In this document: in pieces, positions 1 through 12,366 of the stretch
Numbering within the stretch: the stretch's first letter is position 1
How the letters are laid out: each line of letters starts with the position of its first letter
NCBI GenBank assembly: GCA_028826165.1
Contig: JAPDFW010000092.1
Span: 496,001-560,000 of the forward strand
Origin: Anaeramoeba ignava BMAN
Taxonomy: Eukaryota > Protista > Anaeramoebae
Direction of reading: 5' to 3'
DNA: 64,000 nucleotides
Position numbers and translations under genes: made by a program
Notes under the pieces: model-generated
Seen by the model: only the letters and a program-made list of their open reading frames with translations
Databases searched by the model: none
Told to the model about the DNA's origin: nothing

Positions 1-140
1 AATAATTAATAATTAAAATTAAAATATTTATTTAATTAATTATTTTTTGATTAATTTATTTTTTTTCATTTTTTTTCTTTTTAAAATCTTTTTGGAAAAT
101 TTTTCAATCATTCTTTTTTTTTTTGAAAATTAAAAAAAAA

Positions 141-3100
141 ATGGTTAATAAAACTGTAATTAGTTTAATAATTTTCTTAATTATTGTTAGTGCTGGTGTA
201 GTTGTCATTTTTACCTTCCGATTTCTATTTAAAATGATTATATTTTTTTGGAGGTGTTGTTTTCCATTTTCAAGAAAACATGCTCCATATTGGTTTCATT
301 TTTTAGCTATGAAATATTCAAGGGTCAAAAGATTTCTAAAGAGAAGTTTTTCTGTTTCAACAAGATTTGGTTCTATTTGGGTAATTAATAAATTAAAATT
401 AAATCAAAATTAAATCAAAATTAAATCAATTTTAAATCAAATTTAAATCAAATTTAAATCAAAATTTAATCAAATTTAAATCAAAATTAAATCAATTTAA
501 ATTAAATCTAATTCAATTTTAAATCAAAATTAAATCAAATTTAAATCAATTTTAAATCAAAATTAAATCAAATTTAAATCAAAATTAAATCAAAATTAAA
601 TTAAAATTAAATCAAAATTAAATCAATTTTAAATCAATTTTAAATCAAATTTAAATCAAATTTAAATCAAAATTAAATCAAAATTAAATCAAATTAAATC
701 AAAATTAAATCAAAATTAAATCAAAATTAAATCAAAATTAAATCAAAATTAAATCAAAATTAAATCAAATTTAAATCAAAATTAAATCAATATTAAATCA
801 AATTTAAATCAAAATTAAATCAAATTTAAATCAAAATTAAATCAAATTTAAATCAAAATTAAATCAAAATTAAATCAAATTTAAATCAAATTTTAATCAA
901 AATTAAATCAAAATTAAATCAATTTTAAATCAAAATTAAATTAAAATTAAATCAATTTTAAATCAAAATTAAATCAAAATTAAATCAAAATTAAATCAAA
1001 TTTAAATCAAATTTAAATCAAAATTAAATCAAAATTAAATCAAAATTAAATCAAATTTAAATCAAATTTAAATCAAAATTAAATCAAATTTAAATCAAAT
1101 TTAAATCAAAATTTAATCAAATTTAAATCAAAATTAAATCAAAATTAAATCAAAATTAAATCAAATTTAAATCAAATTTAAATCAAAATTAAATCAATAT
1201 TAAATCAAAATTAAATCAAATTTAAATCAAATTTAAATCAAAATTAAATCAAAATTTAATCAAATTTAAATCAAAATTAAATCAATATTAAATCAAATTT
1301 AAATCAAAATTAAATCAAAATTAAATCAAAATTAAATTAAAATTAAATCAAAATTAAATCAAATTAAATCAAATTTAAATCAAAATTAAATCAAAATTAA
1401 ATCAATTTTAAATCAAAATTAAATCAAATTTAAATCAAAATTAAATCAAAATTAAATCAAATTTAAATCAAATTTAAATCAATTTTAAATCAATTTTAAA
1501 TCAAAATTAAATCAAAATTAAATCAAATTTAAATCAAAATTAAATCAAATTTAAATCAAAATTAAATCAAATATAAATCAAATTTAAATCAAAATTAAAT
1601 CAAAATTAAATCAAAATTAAATCAAAATTAAATCAAATTTAAATCAAAATTTAAATCAAATTTAAATTAAAATTAAATCAAAATTTAAATCAAAATTTAA
1701 ATCAAATTTAAATTAAAATTAAATCAAAATTTAAATCAAATTTAAATTAAAATTAAATCAAATTTAAATCAAAATTAAATCAATTTTAAATCAATTTTAA
1801 ATCAAAATTAAATCAATATTAAATCAAAATTAAATCAAAATTAAATCAAAATTAAATCAAAATTAAATCAAATTTTAATCAAAATTAAATCAAAATTAAA
1901 TCAAAATTAAATCAAAATTAAATCAAAATTAAATCAAAATTAAATCAAAATTAAATCAAATTTAAATCAAATTTAAATTAAAATTTAATCAATTTTAATC
2001 AAAATTTAATCAAATTTAAATCAAAATTAAATCAATATTAAATCAAATTTAAATCAAATTTAAATCAAAATTAAATCAAATTTAAATTAAAATTAAATTA
2101 AAATTAAATTAAAATTAAATCAAATTTAAATCAAAATTAAATCAATATTAAATTAAAATTAAATCAAAATTAAATCAAAATTAAATCAAAATTAAATCAA
2201 AATTAAATCAAATTTAAATCAATTTTAAATCAAATTTAAATCAAAATTAAATCAAATTTAAATCAAATTTAAATCAAAATTAAATCAATTTTAAATCAAA
2301 TTTAAATCAATTTTAAATCAATTTTAAATCAATTTTAAATCAATTTTAAATCAAATTTAAATCAAATTTAAATCAAAATTAAATCAAAATTAAATTAAAT
2401 CAAAATTAAATCAAATTTAAATCAATTTAAATTAAAATTAAATCAAAATTAAATCAAATAAAATCTGTAGGAACTTTTTCAAGATATTTTAACAGTTGTT
2501 GCAATTTTATTCTATATTGCGGAACAATATATAGAACTTAAAGTTTTTTTCATATTTGAAGTTATTTTTTCTTTCTTATTTGGAATAGATTATGTTGTTC
2601 GTTTTATTATTGCAGATCACAAACTAAGCTTTTATTATTCTAAATGGGGATTAATTGATTTAGCAACATTTACACCAGGATTAATCTCGTAAATAAAAAT
2701 AATCGATTCTATATTTATTATTTATTTTGAAAACAAAAAAATTTAATTCAAAAAAATTTAATTCAAAAAAATTTAATTCAAAAAAATTTAATTCAAAAAA
2801 ATTTAATTCAAAAAAAGATTGGCTCTTTCTGAAGATACAATTAATTCATATCTTCAACCTCTTCGAGTAATTCGAATTTTAAGGATTTTAAGAGCTTATA
2901 GATTTTTACTTTATACTTCTTCAGGTTTATATTTCCAAACAAACAAAAAGACAAATAAATCGATTTTATTATAATTTAGAAAAAAATTAAAACTGAAAAT
3001 TGTTTATGAATTTTATTGATATTTATTTGAATTAATCTTAAAAAATGAAAAGATATTTCAAGACAATTAGCGAAAGTTGGATTAACATTTTTAACATTAA

Positions 3101-6100
3101 TTTTGATTGCAGCTTCTTTTATCAGATTTATTGAACATGAATTTGGAGGATTAGAATTACAGTTTCAAGATGCAGTTTATTTTATTATTGTTAGTATTAC
3201 AACAGTTGGATATGGAGATATTACACCCAAAACTGATTTTGGGAGAATGGCAGTAGTTGCAATGTTAATTATCACAGCTTTTGTTATTCCTTATCAAGTA
3301 TATTTAATATTGATTTAAAATATTTATTTAAAATATTTATTTAGAATATTTATTTAAAATATTAAATATTGATTTAAAATATTGATTTAAAATATTTAAA
3401 ATATTGATTTAAAATATTTATTATTAAAGATATCAGAACTCTCAAGAATTGTTAGTCAACGCTCTATGTATATGGGATCATACGTTGGATCCAAAAACAA
3501 TGAACACATAGTATTAACAGGATACATTACATATTCATCACTATTCCACTTTGCATCAGAATTTTACAACTCAAGAGACAGAAGTTCCAAATTCAAATTA
3601 GTAGTTCTTTCAAGAAAAAAACCATCAAGAGAAATTCTTCAGTTGATTTCACACCCACTATTTGAAGGGAGAATTCAATGGCTCGATGGCAGCCCAATCA
3701 ACGAGCATGATCTTGAAAGAGCATCAATCGCACAATCGAAGGGATGCTTCTTTTTCACAAACAAATACACGACTTCACCGGAAGAGACAGATCTCAAAAA
3801 CATTTTCCGTTCCCTCGCCGTTCGTGAGCTCAACAGAAACGTTCCATTATATGCTCAAGCATTGCGAAGAGTTGCTGAAGAGCAATTCCGAACACTTGGT
3901 GTGAATCACCTACTATCTATACGCGAACTGAAGCTCAGCATGCTTGCCTTGAGCTGTTTATGTCCCGGATTTTCAACACTTTTCATGAATTTGGTTCAAT
4001 CAATTTCGAACAAAAATTTGCAAAATGAAGTGAAAAAATTGGATCCTGAAAGTTTTGAATCTGAATACAACGTTCCTTGGAAAAAGGAATACAGCTATGG
4101 ATGCTTAATGAAGATATTTCTTCTTGATATTCCTCGTGAATTCAGCGGAAAAACATTTGCTCAAGTTTCTTCCGATTTATATCAATCATTTGGGGTGTGT
4201 CTCTTTGCGCTAAGTGTGGATGACGATAACGGACAGAAGGTTTGTGTCTTGAATCCCGGAAGCACGTATGAAATACAGGCAAATGATATGGGGTTTGTAA
4301 TTACAACTTCGTATAAGAAGATCCGCAAAATTTTAATCAATTTCAATCCGGATATGAATTATGTCATTGAACAGGAACAAACAGAACCATATGAAGGAAA
4401 AACAACAGGAAAAAACAATACAAAACCAGTATTTGACCCCAATTTTGCAGAGTATTTAGAACAGCATTTTGAATTTGGAAATGATGATTATGAAGGAACT
4501 AATTATCCTCCATCTGTTCTTAGTTTGAACACTAAATACAAATATATGGACTCAATCACGCACTCCAGATTCAGCTACGATCCCAACGACGGTGACTCAA
4601 GCGACAGAGATACACCCAGAAGAAACGGGGGAAACACCAACGAGAATCAAAAGGATAACGAGGATTTCTTTGACAGACCTTACTCTTCCAAAAATAAAAT
4701 ATTTGATTTGGATGATGATTTGAATTTTCAACAACATCCGTTTTTCGACCAACTCAATCATGAAGACTACTATCTCCTCGCAGAACCAAGGCCTATCAAT
4801 GAAGCAACGCTTCTCGATTGCTCAGGTTTCCAAGGCCATATCATAATCACTGGTTCATCCCAAAATCTCCACCATTTTATTTGTCCGTTAAGATCAAAAC
4901 GTTGGGGAAAAATTTATCCTGTTATCATTTTCCATTCAGAAATGTCCAAAATGGAATGGAATGAAATCGCAATGTTTGAACAAGTCTTTTTCCTTCAAGG
5001 TTCTCCCCAATCCGCTCGCGATCTCAAACGCATCGGTATCGAACGTGCAGGCCGTATTATTTTACTTACAAACCATGAAAGACTCAAAAAAACTCAAAAG
5101 GATAAGTTGATGGGTGAATTTTTTGTTGATGCAGATAATATCTTTTCAATTCGTGAAATCGAAGCAATGGAGCATTTTCCATATGTTATTTGTGAGATTG
5201 TTCACTCTTCAAATCTCAAGTTTATCCAATCAAAACACGGAAGAAAACCTCATCCAAAACGAATTCTTGCACACACATTTTCTTATTTTCAAAATGTTCA
5301 AAATAATCAAAATAATCAAAATATTCAAAATATTCAAAATAATCAAAATATTCAAAATAATCAAAATAATCAAAATAATCAAAATAATCAAAATAATCAA
5401 AATATTCAAAATTTTCAAAATATTCAAAATTTTCAAAATAATCTTGATTTGGAGGATTCTAATACACAACTAAAATCTCGATCCAAAAAAAGATCATCCG
5501 AATCAGAAATTGAATTAGAAGAAAAATTAGTTGAAGAAAAATTATCAGAAGAAAAATTAAAAATTCCAAAAAATCCAAAAAAATTCAAAAAATCCAAACC
5601 AGAAATTTTGGCTTATACTTCTGGAAAAACGAATATAAAAGCATCATCACATGTTATTGAGAAACTAGATATTACAAAGTTCCTGTCTCATCCCTATTTC
5701 GCAGGCGGTAGAGTATTCTTAACAACAGCTCTTGACTCGCTTTTTGCATGGTCTTTTTGGATGCCTGACATTGTTCCTGTTCTTGAGCAACTTATTATGG
5801 GGACAATCCACACAATTTCAAAAACAACAAAAGAAGAGCTTCAACAATCTAATATTTTTTTAATGAAAGTTCCTCAATCTCTTCTTTTTAAAACTTATGA
5901 AAATGTTTTTTCAAGTTTACTTCTAAAATCAAATATTCTTTGTCTTGCTTTGTTTCGTTCTGGATCCAGATTTGATGAGCCTTCCCCTTTTCCTTATGTT
6001 TATACAAATCCTCATCGGAAATCAATTGTTATTGAATGCGATCGTTTATTTGTTTTGGCAAAAAATTTAGAACAAATTGAAAATGCTCAAAAAATTTCTT

Positions 6101-6459
6101 ATAATGATTTGAATATTTTCCAAAACGATCTCCGAAATAATAATAATAATAATAAACAAACAAATGAATTTGAAAATCAAAATTTTGATTCAAAATCCAA
6201 ATTGAATGAAAATCATGTTTTTTCTGATTCTCTTCCTCGTTCTCCTGTTTATAATAAGGATGAAATTGAAATGCAACAATTTACTTCAAATTTAAAGCAA
6301 CATTCTTCTGTGGATATTTTTAAATCAGATAATAAAGATGATAATCAAGATTTTGATCAAAATTCAATGAATAATTCTCATGAAAGTCAAACTAATAATG
6401 TTGATTCTTTTGATTTTGATTTTGAGTTGAATGAAAATGAAAACGAAAAACAAAATTAA
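141..6459 (+). CDS. Slo/BK-family (calcium-activated) potassium channel alpha subunit; 5 exons approx. 141-380, 2471-2688, 2818-2924, 3053-3297, 3430-6459
   Basis: Spliced translation gives an N-terminal TM helix, S1-S3, S4 voltage sensor (LRVIRILRILRAYR), pore TVGYGD, then two RCK domains (HIVLTG...GSP; HIIITG...FICPLRS; PYFAGGRVF; PYVYTNP). All introns GT-AG and in frame. Confidence 0.93.
381..2470 (+). repeat. 2.09-kb intron made of ~11-bp tandem repeat (AAATTAAATCA / AATTTAAATCA variants)
   Basis: Direct reading; GT at 381, AG at 2469-2470; no G seen between the donor G and the terminal CTGTAG. Confidence 0.95.
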
Positions 6460-7050
6460 AATCAAAATCAAAATTAAAATCAAAATCAAAATCAAAATCA
6501 AATTTAAAATCAAAATTAAAATCAAAAATCAAAATCAAAATCAAAATCAAAATCAAAATGAAAACGAAAAACAAAATTAAAATCAAAATCAAAATCAAAT
6601 TCAAAATTAAAATGAAAATTAAAATCAAAATTAAAATCAAAATCAAAATCAAAATCAAAATCAAAATTAAAATCAAAATCAAAATTAAAATCAAAATTAA
6701 AATTAAAATCAAAACGAAAATCAAAATCAAAATTAAAATCAAAATTAAAATCAAAATCAAAATCAAAATTAAAATCAAAACCAAAATCAAAATTAAAATC
6801 AAAATCAAAATCAAAATCAAAATCAAAATTAAAATTAAAATGAAAATGAAAATGAAAAAGAAAAAGAAAAAGAAAAAGAAAAAGAAAATCAAAATCAAAA
6901 TCAAAATATAAATCAAAATCAAAATCAAAATCAAAATCAAAATTAAAATTAAAATCAAAATTAAAATCAAAATCAAAATCAAAATTAAAATCAAAACCAA
7001 AATCAAAATCAAAATCAAAATCAAAATCAAATTCAAAATCAAAATTAATC
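6460..7050 (+). repeat. (AAAATC/AAAATT)n hexamer microsatellite between convergent genes
   Basis: Direct reading; includes a second copy of the channel's last codons and stop (AAAATGAAAACGAAAAACAAAATTAA at ~6554). Confidence 0.95.
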
Positions 7051-7160
7051 AAATTTTCTTTGCTTTTCAAAATTGTTGTTTCAAAAAATTGCAAAAAAAT
7101 TCATTAAAATTAAAATTAAAATGAAAATTAAAATGAAAAAAATAAAATTTTCTTTAATTT

Positions 7161-10100
7161 TCAAAATTGAAATTTACTGAGATCAATTTCAGTCAATTCT
7201 AACTCTGAAATTGCATCTGTTTTTTCAATATCTGTTTTTACTAATCCTGAAGGTTCAACTTCTGTTTGAGTTATATCAGAATCATCAGTTCTATCTTGAA
7301 AAGTAACTTGAAGCGAACTTTTACTTTTCTTCAAACTCTTGTCAAATTTAATTAATTGATCTTCTTCAAGATCAATTTCATTTTCTTGATCCAATTCTTT
7401 TTCTTGGTTTTCTTGAATAAATAAATGAGCTTTTGATTTTGAATCTTCAAAATTTCTTAAAAATTCTTCTTGAGTTTCCAAACTTCTAAAAATTAACTTG
7501 AATTCATTTTCTTCAAAAATGATTTTAATTTGCAAATTATTATTCTTTTTAATTATAATATTCCAATTTTGATTAATAAAATGAATCAATTCTTGTTGAT
7601 TTCCCATTCGAATTTTAAATCTATTTCTTTGTAAAATAATGACACATTCTTTCATTAAATAAGTTTGTTTATCAAAAATTAAAGCTGGATATTCATTTGC
7701 TAATGGAAGTGATTCTTGAGGTTCAATTTGTATGTAAGTTTTTTTCACTTTTGGTTGAAGATTTTGTATTTTTTGATTCCATAATGAAGTAAATAATTTC
7801 TTTTGGAATTCGGAATAAAACTTGAATTGAAATTCTTCTTTTTCTTTTTCTTCTTCTTCTGATAAAATTTTCCAAAAGAAATGATTTCGATTCTTAAAAT
7901 CACTCTTTTTTTTGTTTTGTTTAAATTTAATTAATTATTTGATTAATTAATTGATTATTTTATGCTTCTTTATAATCACCTGTTTCTTTATAGATTCATA
8001 TTGAATAATTCGTGTTAAATTTGGAATTCTTATCAAAATTCTTTTTTCTCCAAGAATTACTGTTCCTATATATTCTTTTTCTTGGAAAATTATGTTCAAA
8101 GGGAAATATTTTTCCAATTTTGTTAATTTCTCTTTTTCAACTTTATTTTCTCGACAAATTCGGTAAATTTGAACAAAACGAATCTTGTCTTTCTCGTTTT
8201 TAAATTGGAATAGTTTTTTTTTTCCTTGATTAAAAACAATCTGCAAAATTTTTGGATCATCTTTTTTTTCAAATAACTATAAACAAAAATAAGAAGATTG
8301 ATTTTTGTATTGAATAAAAAAAATAACTTGATCGTGAATTAATTCTTTTTTTTTAGTTCTAAATTACTGTAAATTGTTTGAGAATTAAATGAACCGAAGA
8401 ATGATAATTAAGTCCAATCAATGTAATTGCAAATTTAGAAAAATAAATATCCAGATCTTCCATAAACTGATTTGATTTTTTTCCAACAAGAGAAACACAA
8501 AATTTTGTCATCTTTAAAAAATTTTCCTCTTCAAATAAAACAGGTTCATCAGGTAATTTTCCATAAATTTTTTTTCTTGATAAAACAGAGATATCAACTA
8601 TCTGTTTTTTCTTTGATTGCTGATCATTGTTTTTAATTATTGAAAATTCCTTTTCTAAATAATGACTTTTTTCTTTAAATAAAGTTTTATCTTTTTGTTG
8701 TTTTTGTTGTTTTTGATTTTGTTTTTCTTGTTCCTCTTCAATATAATTTGTGTAAAAAATTGAAAAATTTCCATCGTCTGTTTTTTTAGAAGAATAAACA
8801 ATTTTCTCAATTGCAAAAGAAGGAATATCTGGAATATTATTCATAAAAAAATCATTGGAAATAAATTCTTGATTTGAATCTATAATTGTATTTTTAGCAA
8901 AATTTTTGATAAATAAATTGAGTATTTTGTTGACAAATTCACCAAAATTTGAATTTGGACATCGAAATGTAATTATTGATTCTTTGCTTTTGTTTGTATT
9001 AATAACAAGATGAATAATGGAAGAATTGTTCTTATTTTGATAACACTAAATTATAATAAAACGTTGAATAATTTTTTTTTTCACTTTTTTTTTTTGATAA
9101 TTTACTTCAAAATTTGTTGTTAATGTAATTGCAATTATTGAATAATGTTCTATATCTAAATATAATCTAGATTTATCCAAAGTTGCATTACAATTTATAA
9201 ATTTAAAATTTTTTGTATAAATTTGAAATCTTAATTTTCCAAATCGATCATTAAACATTTTTTGAAGAAGTAAATCAATTTCCATTTGATCTTTTCAAAA
9301 ATTTAAATTTTATAAATGAATTTTATAAATGAATTTAAATTTTATAAATGAATTTAAATTTTATAAATGAATTTAAATTTGATTTTATAAATGAATTTAA
9401 ATTAAATTTTATAAATGAATTTAAATTTAATAAATGAATTTAAATTAAATTTAATAAATGAATTTAAATTTTATAAATGAATTTTATTTTAATTTTATAA
9501 ATGAATTTTATTTTATAAATGAATTTAAATTTTATAAATGAATTTTAATTTTATAAATGAATTTAAATTTAAATTTTATAAGTGAATTTTATTTTGATTT
9601 TATAAATGAATTTTATTTAAATTTTATAAATGAATTTAAATTTTATAAATGAATTTTATTTAAATTTTATAAATGAATTTAAATTTGATTTTATAAATGA
9701 ATTTTATTTAAATTTTATAAATGAATTTAAATTAAATTTTATAAATGAATTTTATTTTGATTTTATAAATGAATTTTATTTAAATTTTATAAATGAATTT
9801 AAATTTTATAAATGAATTAAATTTTATAAATGAATTTAATTTTAATTTTATAAATGAATTTAAATTAAATTTTATAAATGAATTTAAATTTAATTTTATA
9901 AATGAATTTAAATTAAATTTAATAAATGAATTTTGATTTGATTTGATTTTATAAATGAATTAAATTTTATAAATGAATTTTATTTAAATTTTATAAATGA
10001 ATTTTGATTTTATAAATGAATTTTGATTTTATAAATGAATTTAAATTTTGTAAATGAATTTAAATTTTATAAATGAATTTTATTTTGATTTTATAAATGA

Positions 10101-10657
10101 ATTTAAATTTTACTGTTTAAAATTTTTCCAGAAATATCAGAAATAAAAAAATTATTTTGATTATAAGTTTGATTAAGTTGTAAAAGTTTTTGTATTATAA
10201 AACGTTGTTCAATTGATTCAGCAGTAAATTTTAAAAATTTGTTATCAATATGATTTAATAATTTAAAATCTGTTGAATCTTTTAATGAAGATAATTCCAT
10301 CTTAAAGTAAAAAAAGAAGAATTTTAAATAAATTTTTTTTAATTGATTTTTTTGTATTTTTTTATTTACAGAAATATCTGAATAATGCATTCTTAAAGTT
10401 TTTGTGATAAACAGATAATTTTGTTTAAATTCTATTATAATTTGAAAAGGTTTAGATAAACTATAAATTACAACCTTTTTTTTATTATTATTTTTAATAT
10501 TAAAAAATTTTCCAAAAATGATAAAATTTTATTTTTGTTTTTTTTTTATATAAAAATGAAAAAAAAATACTTTAAATTTTGTAACTTCTGATAAAAAATT
10601 ATTTGAAATTTCATTTAAAAGTTTTGTAATATTAAATTCTTTTTGAAAAGAATTCAT
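7161..10657 (-). CDS. Uncharacterised 7-exon protein, possibly with several PH-like folds
   Basis: ATG at 10657; exons approx. 10657-10571, 10474-10370, 10300-10114, 9290-9106, 9045-8369, 8276-7980, 7892-7161 join via GT-AG. Recurrent beta-rich blocks ending in an amphipathic helix (FKNEKDKIRFVQIY, FRSLETQEEFLRNF, FTAESIEQRFIIQKLL) resemble PH-fold C-termini (inference). Confidence 0.7.
9300..10110 (-). repeat. Intronic tandem repeat with core TTTTATAAATGAATTT (+ strand)
   Basis: Direct reading; fills intron 3 of the 7161-10657 gene. Confidence 0.95.
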
Positions 10658-10777
10658 TTTAGGAAAAAAAAAATGAAAAAAAAATTTTTTAAAAATAATT
10701 TTTTCATTTTTTTCTCTTTCAAAAAAAAAAATTTATTGAAAAGAAATTCAAAAAAAAAAAAACAAAACGGAAAAAAG

Positions 10778-12138
10778 ATGAATTCATTAATTTCCAAACA
10801 AAAAACAACACAAAACTCAAGTATACAATATTATAAACAACTTCCTATTAAATTAGCAACTCGATATGTTTTTAAAACGAATTTAATACAATGCAGATAT
10901 TCTTCCATGTGGAAAGGACTTGACACAAAAATTGTAGCATCAATTGTTGAGGTAGAAATATATAGAATATAATTTCTAAAAAATATCAAATTCAAATAAG
11001 GATTAAATAAGGATATAAAAATAAAAAATAAAAATCAAAAAAAATAAATTAAAAAAATAAATTAAAAAATAAATAATTGAATCAAAAGGATGAAAAAATT
11101 AAAGAAAACCTGAAGAAATTTCAAGAAAGAACCACAGTCAAAATTGTTAGAAAAGGAATAGATGTTACGATTGATTTAGTTTCGACAATACTTTCTGTTT
11201 CTTTTTATCCAATAAAATTGACAACAAAAGCAGCATTTCAAATTACAAAATTCCCAATTAAAGGTGTTAAATACATGTCTAATAAAATGGAGCAAAGCAA
11301 TAATCTCTTAATTAAGATTCCCTATCAAGTTAGTGCAAAGATGGGTCATTTTTTAATTCAAAATCCAGCTACACATTTAGCTCTTGGATCAGTCTATGAA
11401 ATCAATGAAAAAAATAAAGAAAAACAAAAGAAAGCATGTGGAAATCTAATTTTAAAAAAAGAACAACCACTCGATTTTAAGGAAGGTTCGGAAAATAACT
11501 ACTCTTTAATTCCATATCCACATCGTAACTACAGTTGGGCAAAAAATGTTATTTTTGTATTTGAAAAAAGTCCAAATCCAATTATTAAAATAGTTCGTTA
11601 TGCAACTTTAATTCCTGTCAATGTGATCAGCATAATTTACGAAAGTTTCAATTATTTTTGGCAGTTTATCTCTTCGGTTCAAATGGCAGAATGCGTCAGA
11701 CAGATCAAAGAAATTTCACCGAATTTCCAAATTGAAAAATTCATTGAAGATCTTGAACATTTATATCTTCCTTATATTATGGATATTTATGTTTCTGGGA
11801 AAATTCAACAAGTCAAACCTTTTCTTTCTGAAAAACCATTCCATGAAATGGTTGCTAAATTAAAAGTTGTTAAAGATTCAGAAGAAATCAAAAAAAAGAA
11901 ATTGCTTCATTTGTCAAATGTTGAATTTATGAGTTCTGAAAACACAATTGAAGGTCCTATTTTAATGTTTTCTTTTGAAACTGATCAAGAAATTCAAACA
12001 CTTTCCAAAAAATCAAATCAATTGATAAATCAAGAAATTCAACAAGTTTCATATATAATCACTATTCGTTTTGAAGGAAAAAATGTTTTATGGAAAATTA
12101 TTGATATAATCAAACAAAAAACAACTTCTCGAATTTAG
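10778..12138 (+). CDS. TIM44: Tim44-like inner-membrane import protein (mitochondrion/hydrogenosome); exons 10778-10951, 11089-12138
   Basis: C-terminal Tim44-type domain (ECVRQIKEISPNFQIEKFIEDLEHLYLPYIMDIYVSGK...LSEKPF...GPILMFSF...WKIIDI); N-terminal KIKENLKKFQE segment; basic, acid-free presequence-like N-terminus ending near CRYSS. Confidence 0.78.
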
Positions 12139-12366
12139 TTTTTTTTTCTTTTTTTTTTTATAGAATTCCTCTTTTTTCTTTTTTTCTTTTTTTGGAATAA
12201 GCAAAACAACAAAATCAAAAAAATCAAAATTTAAAAAAAAAAAAAATGAAATAAATTTAATTAAATCGAGTGACAATCATTGAATTTTATTTTCTTTTAT
12301 TTTTTGAGATTATTTTTAAAAATAATTTTTGAAAAAAAAAATTAAAAATTTTCTTTTTTTTTCTTT

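Noticed and set aside
6392-7094. Long ORFs of ILILIL / FDFDFD / KIKIKI (also at 14.1-14.8, 18.6-20.6, 33.9-34.4, 46.9-47.4, 57.1-58.1, 61.3 and 62.3 kb)
   Set aside because: Stop-free translations of hexamer or 12-mer microsatellites in introns, intergenic DNA or the wrong frame/strand of real genes.
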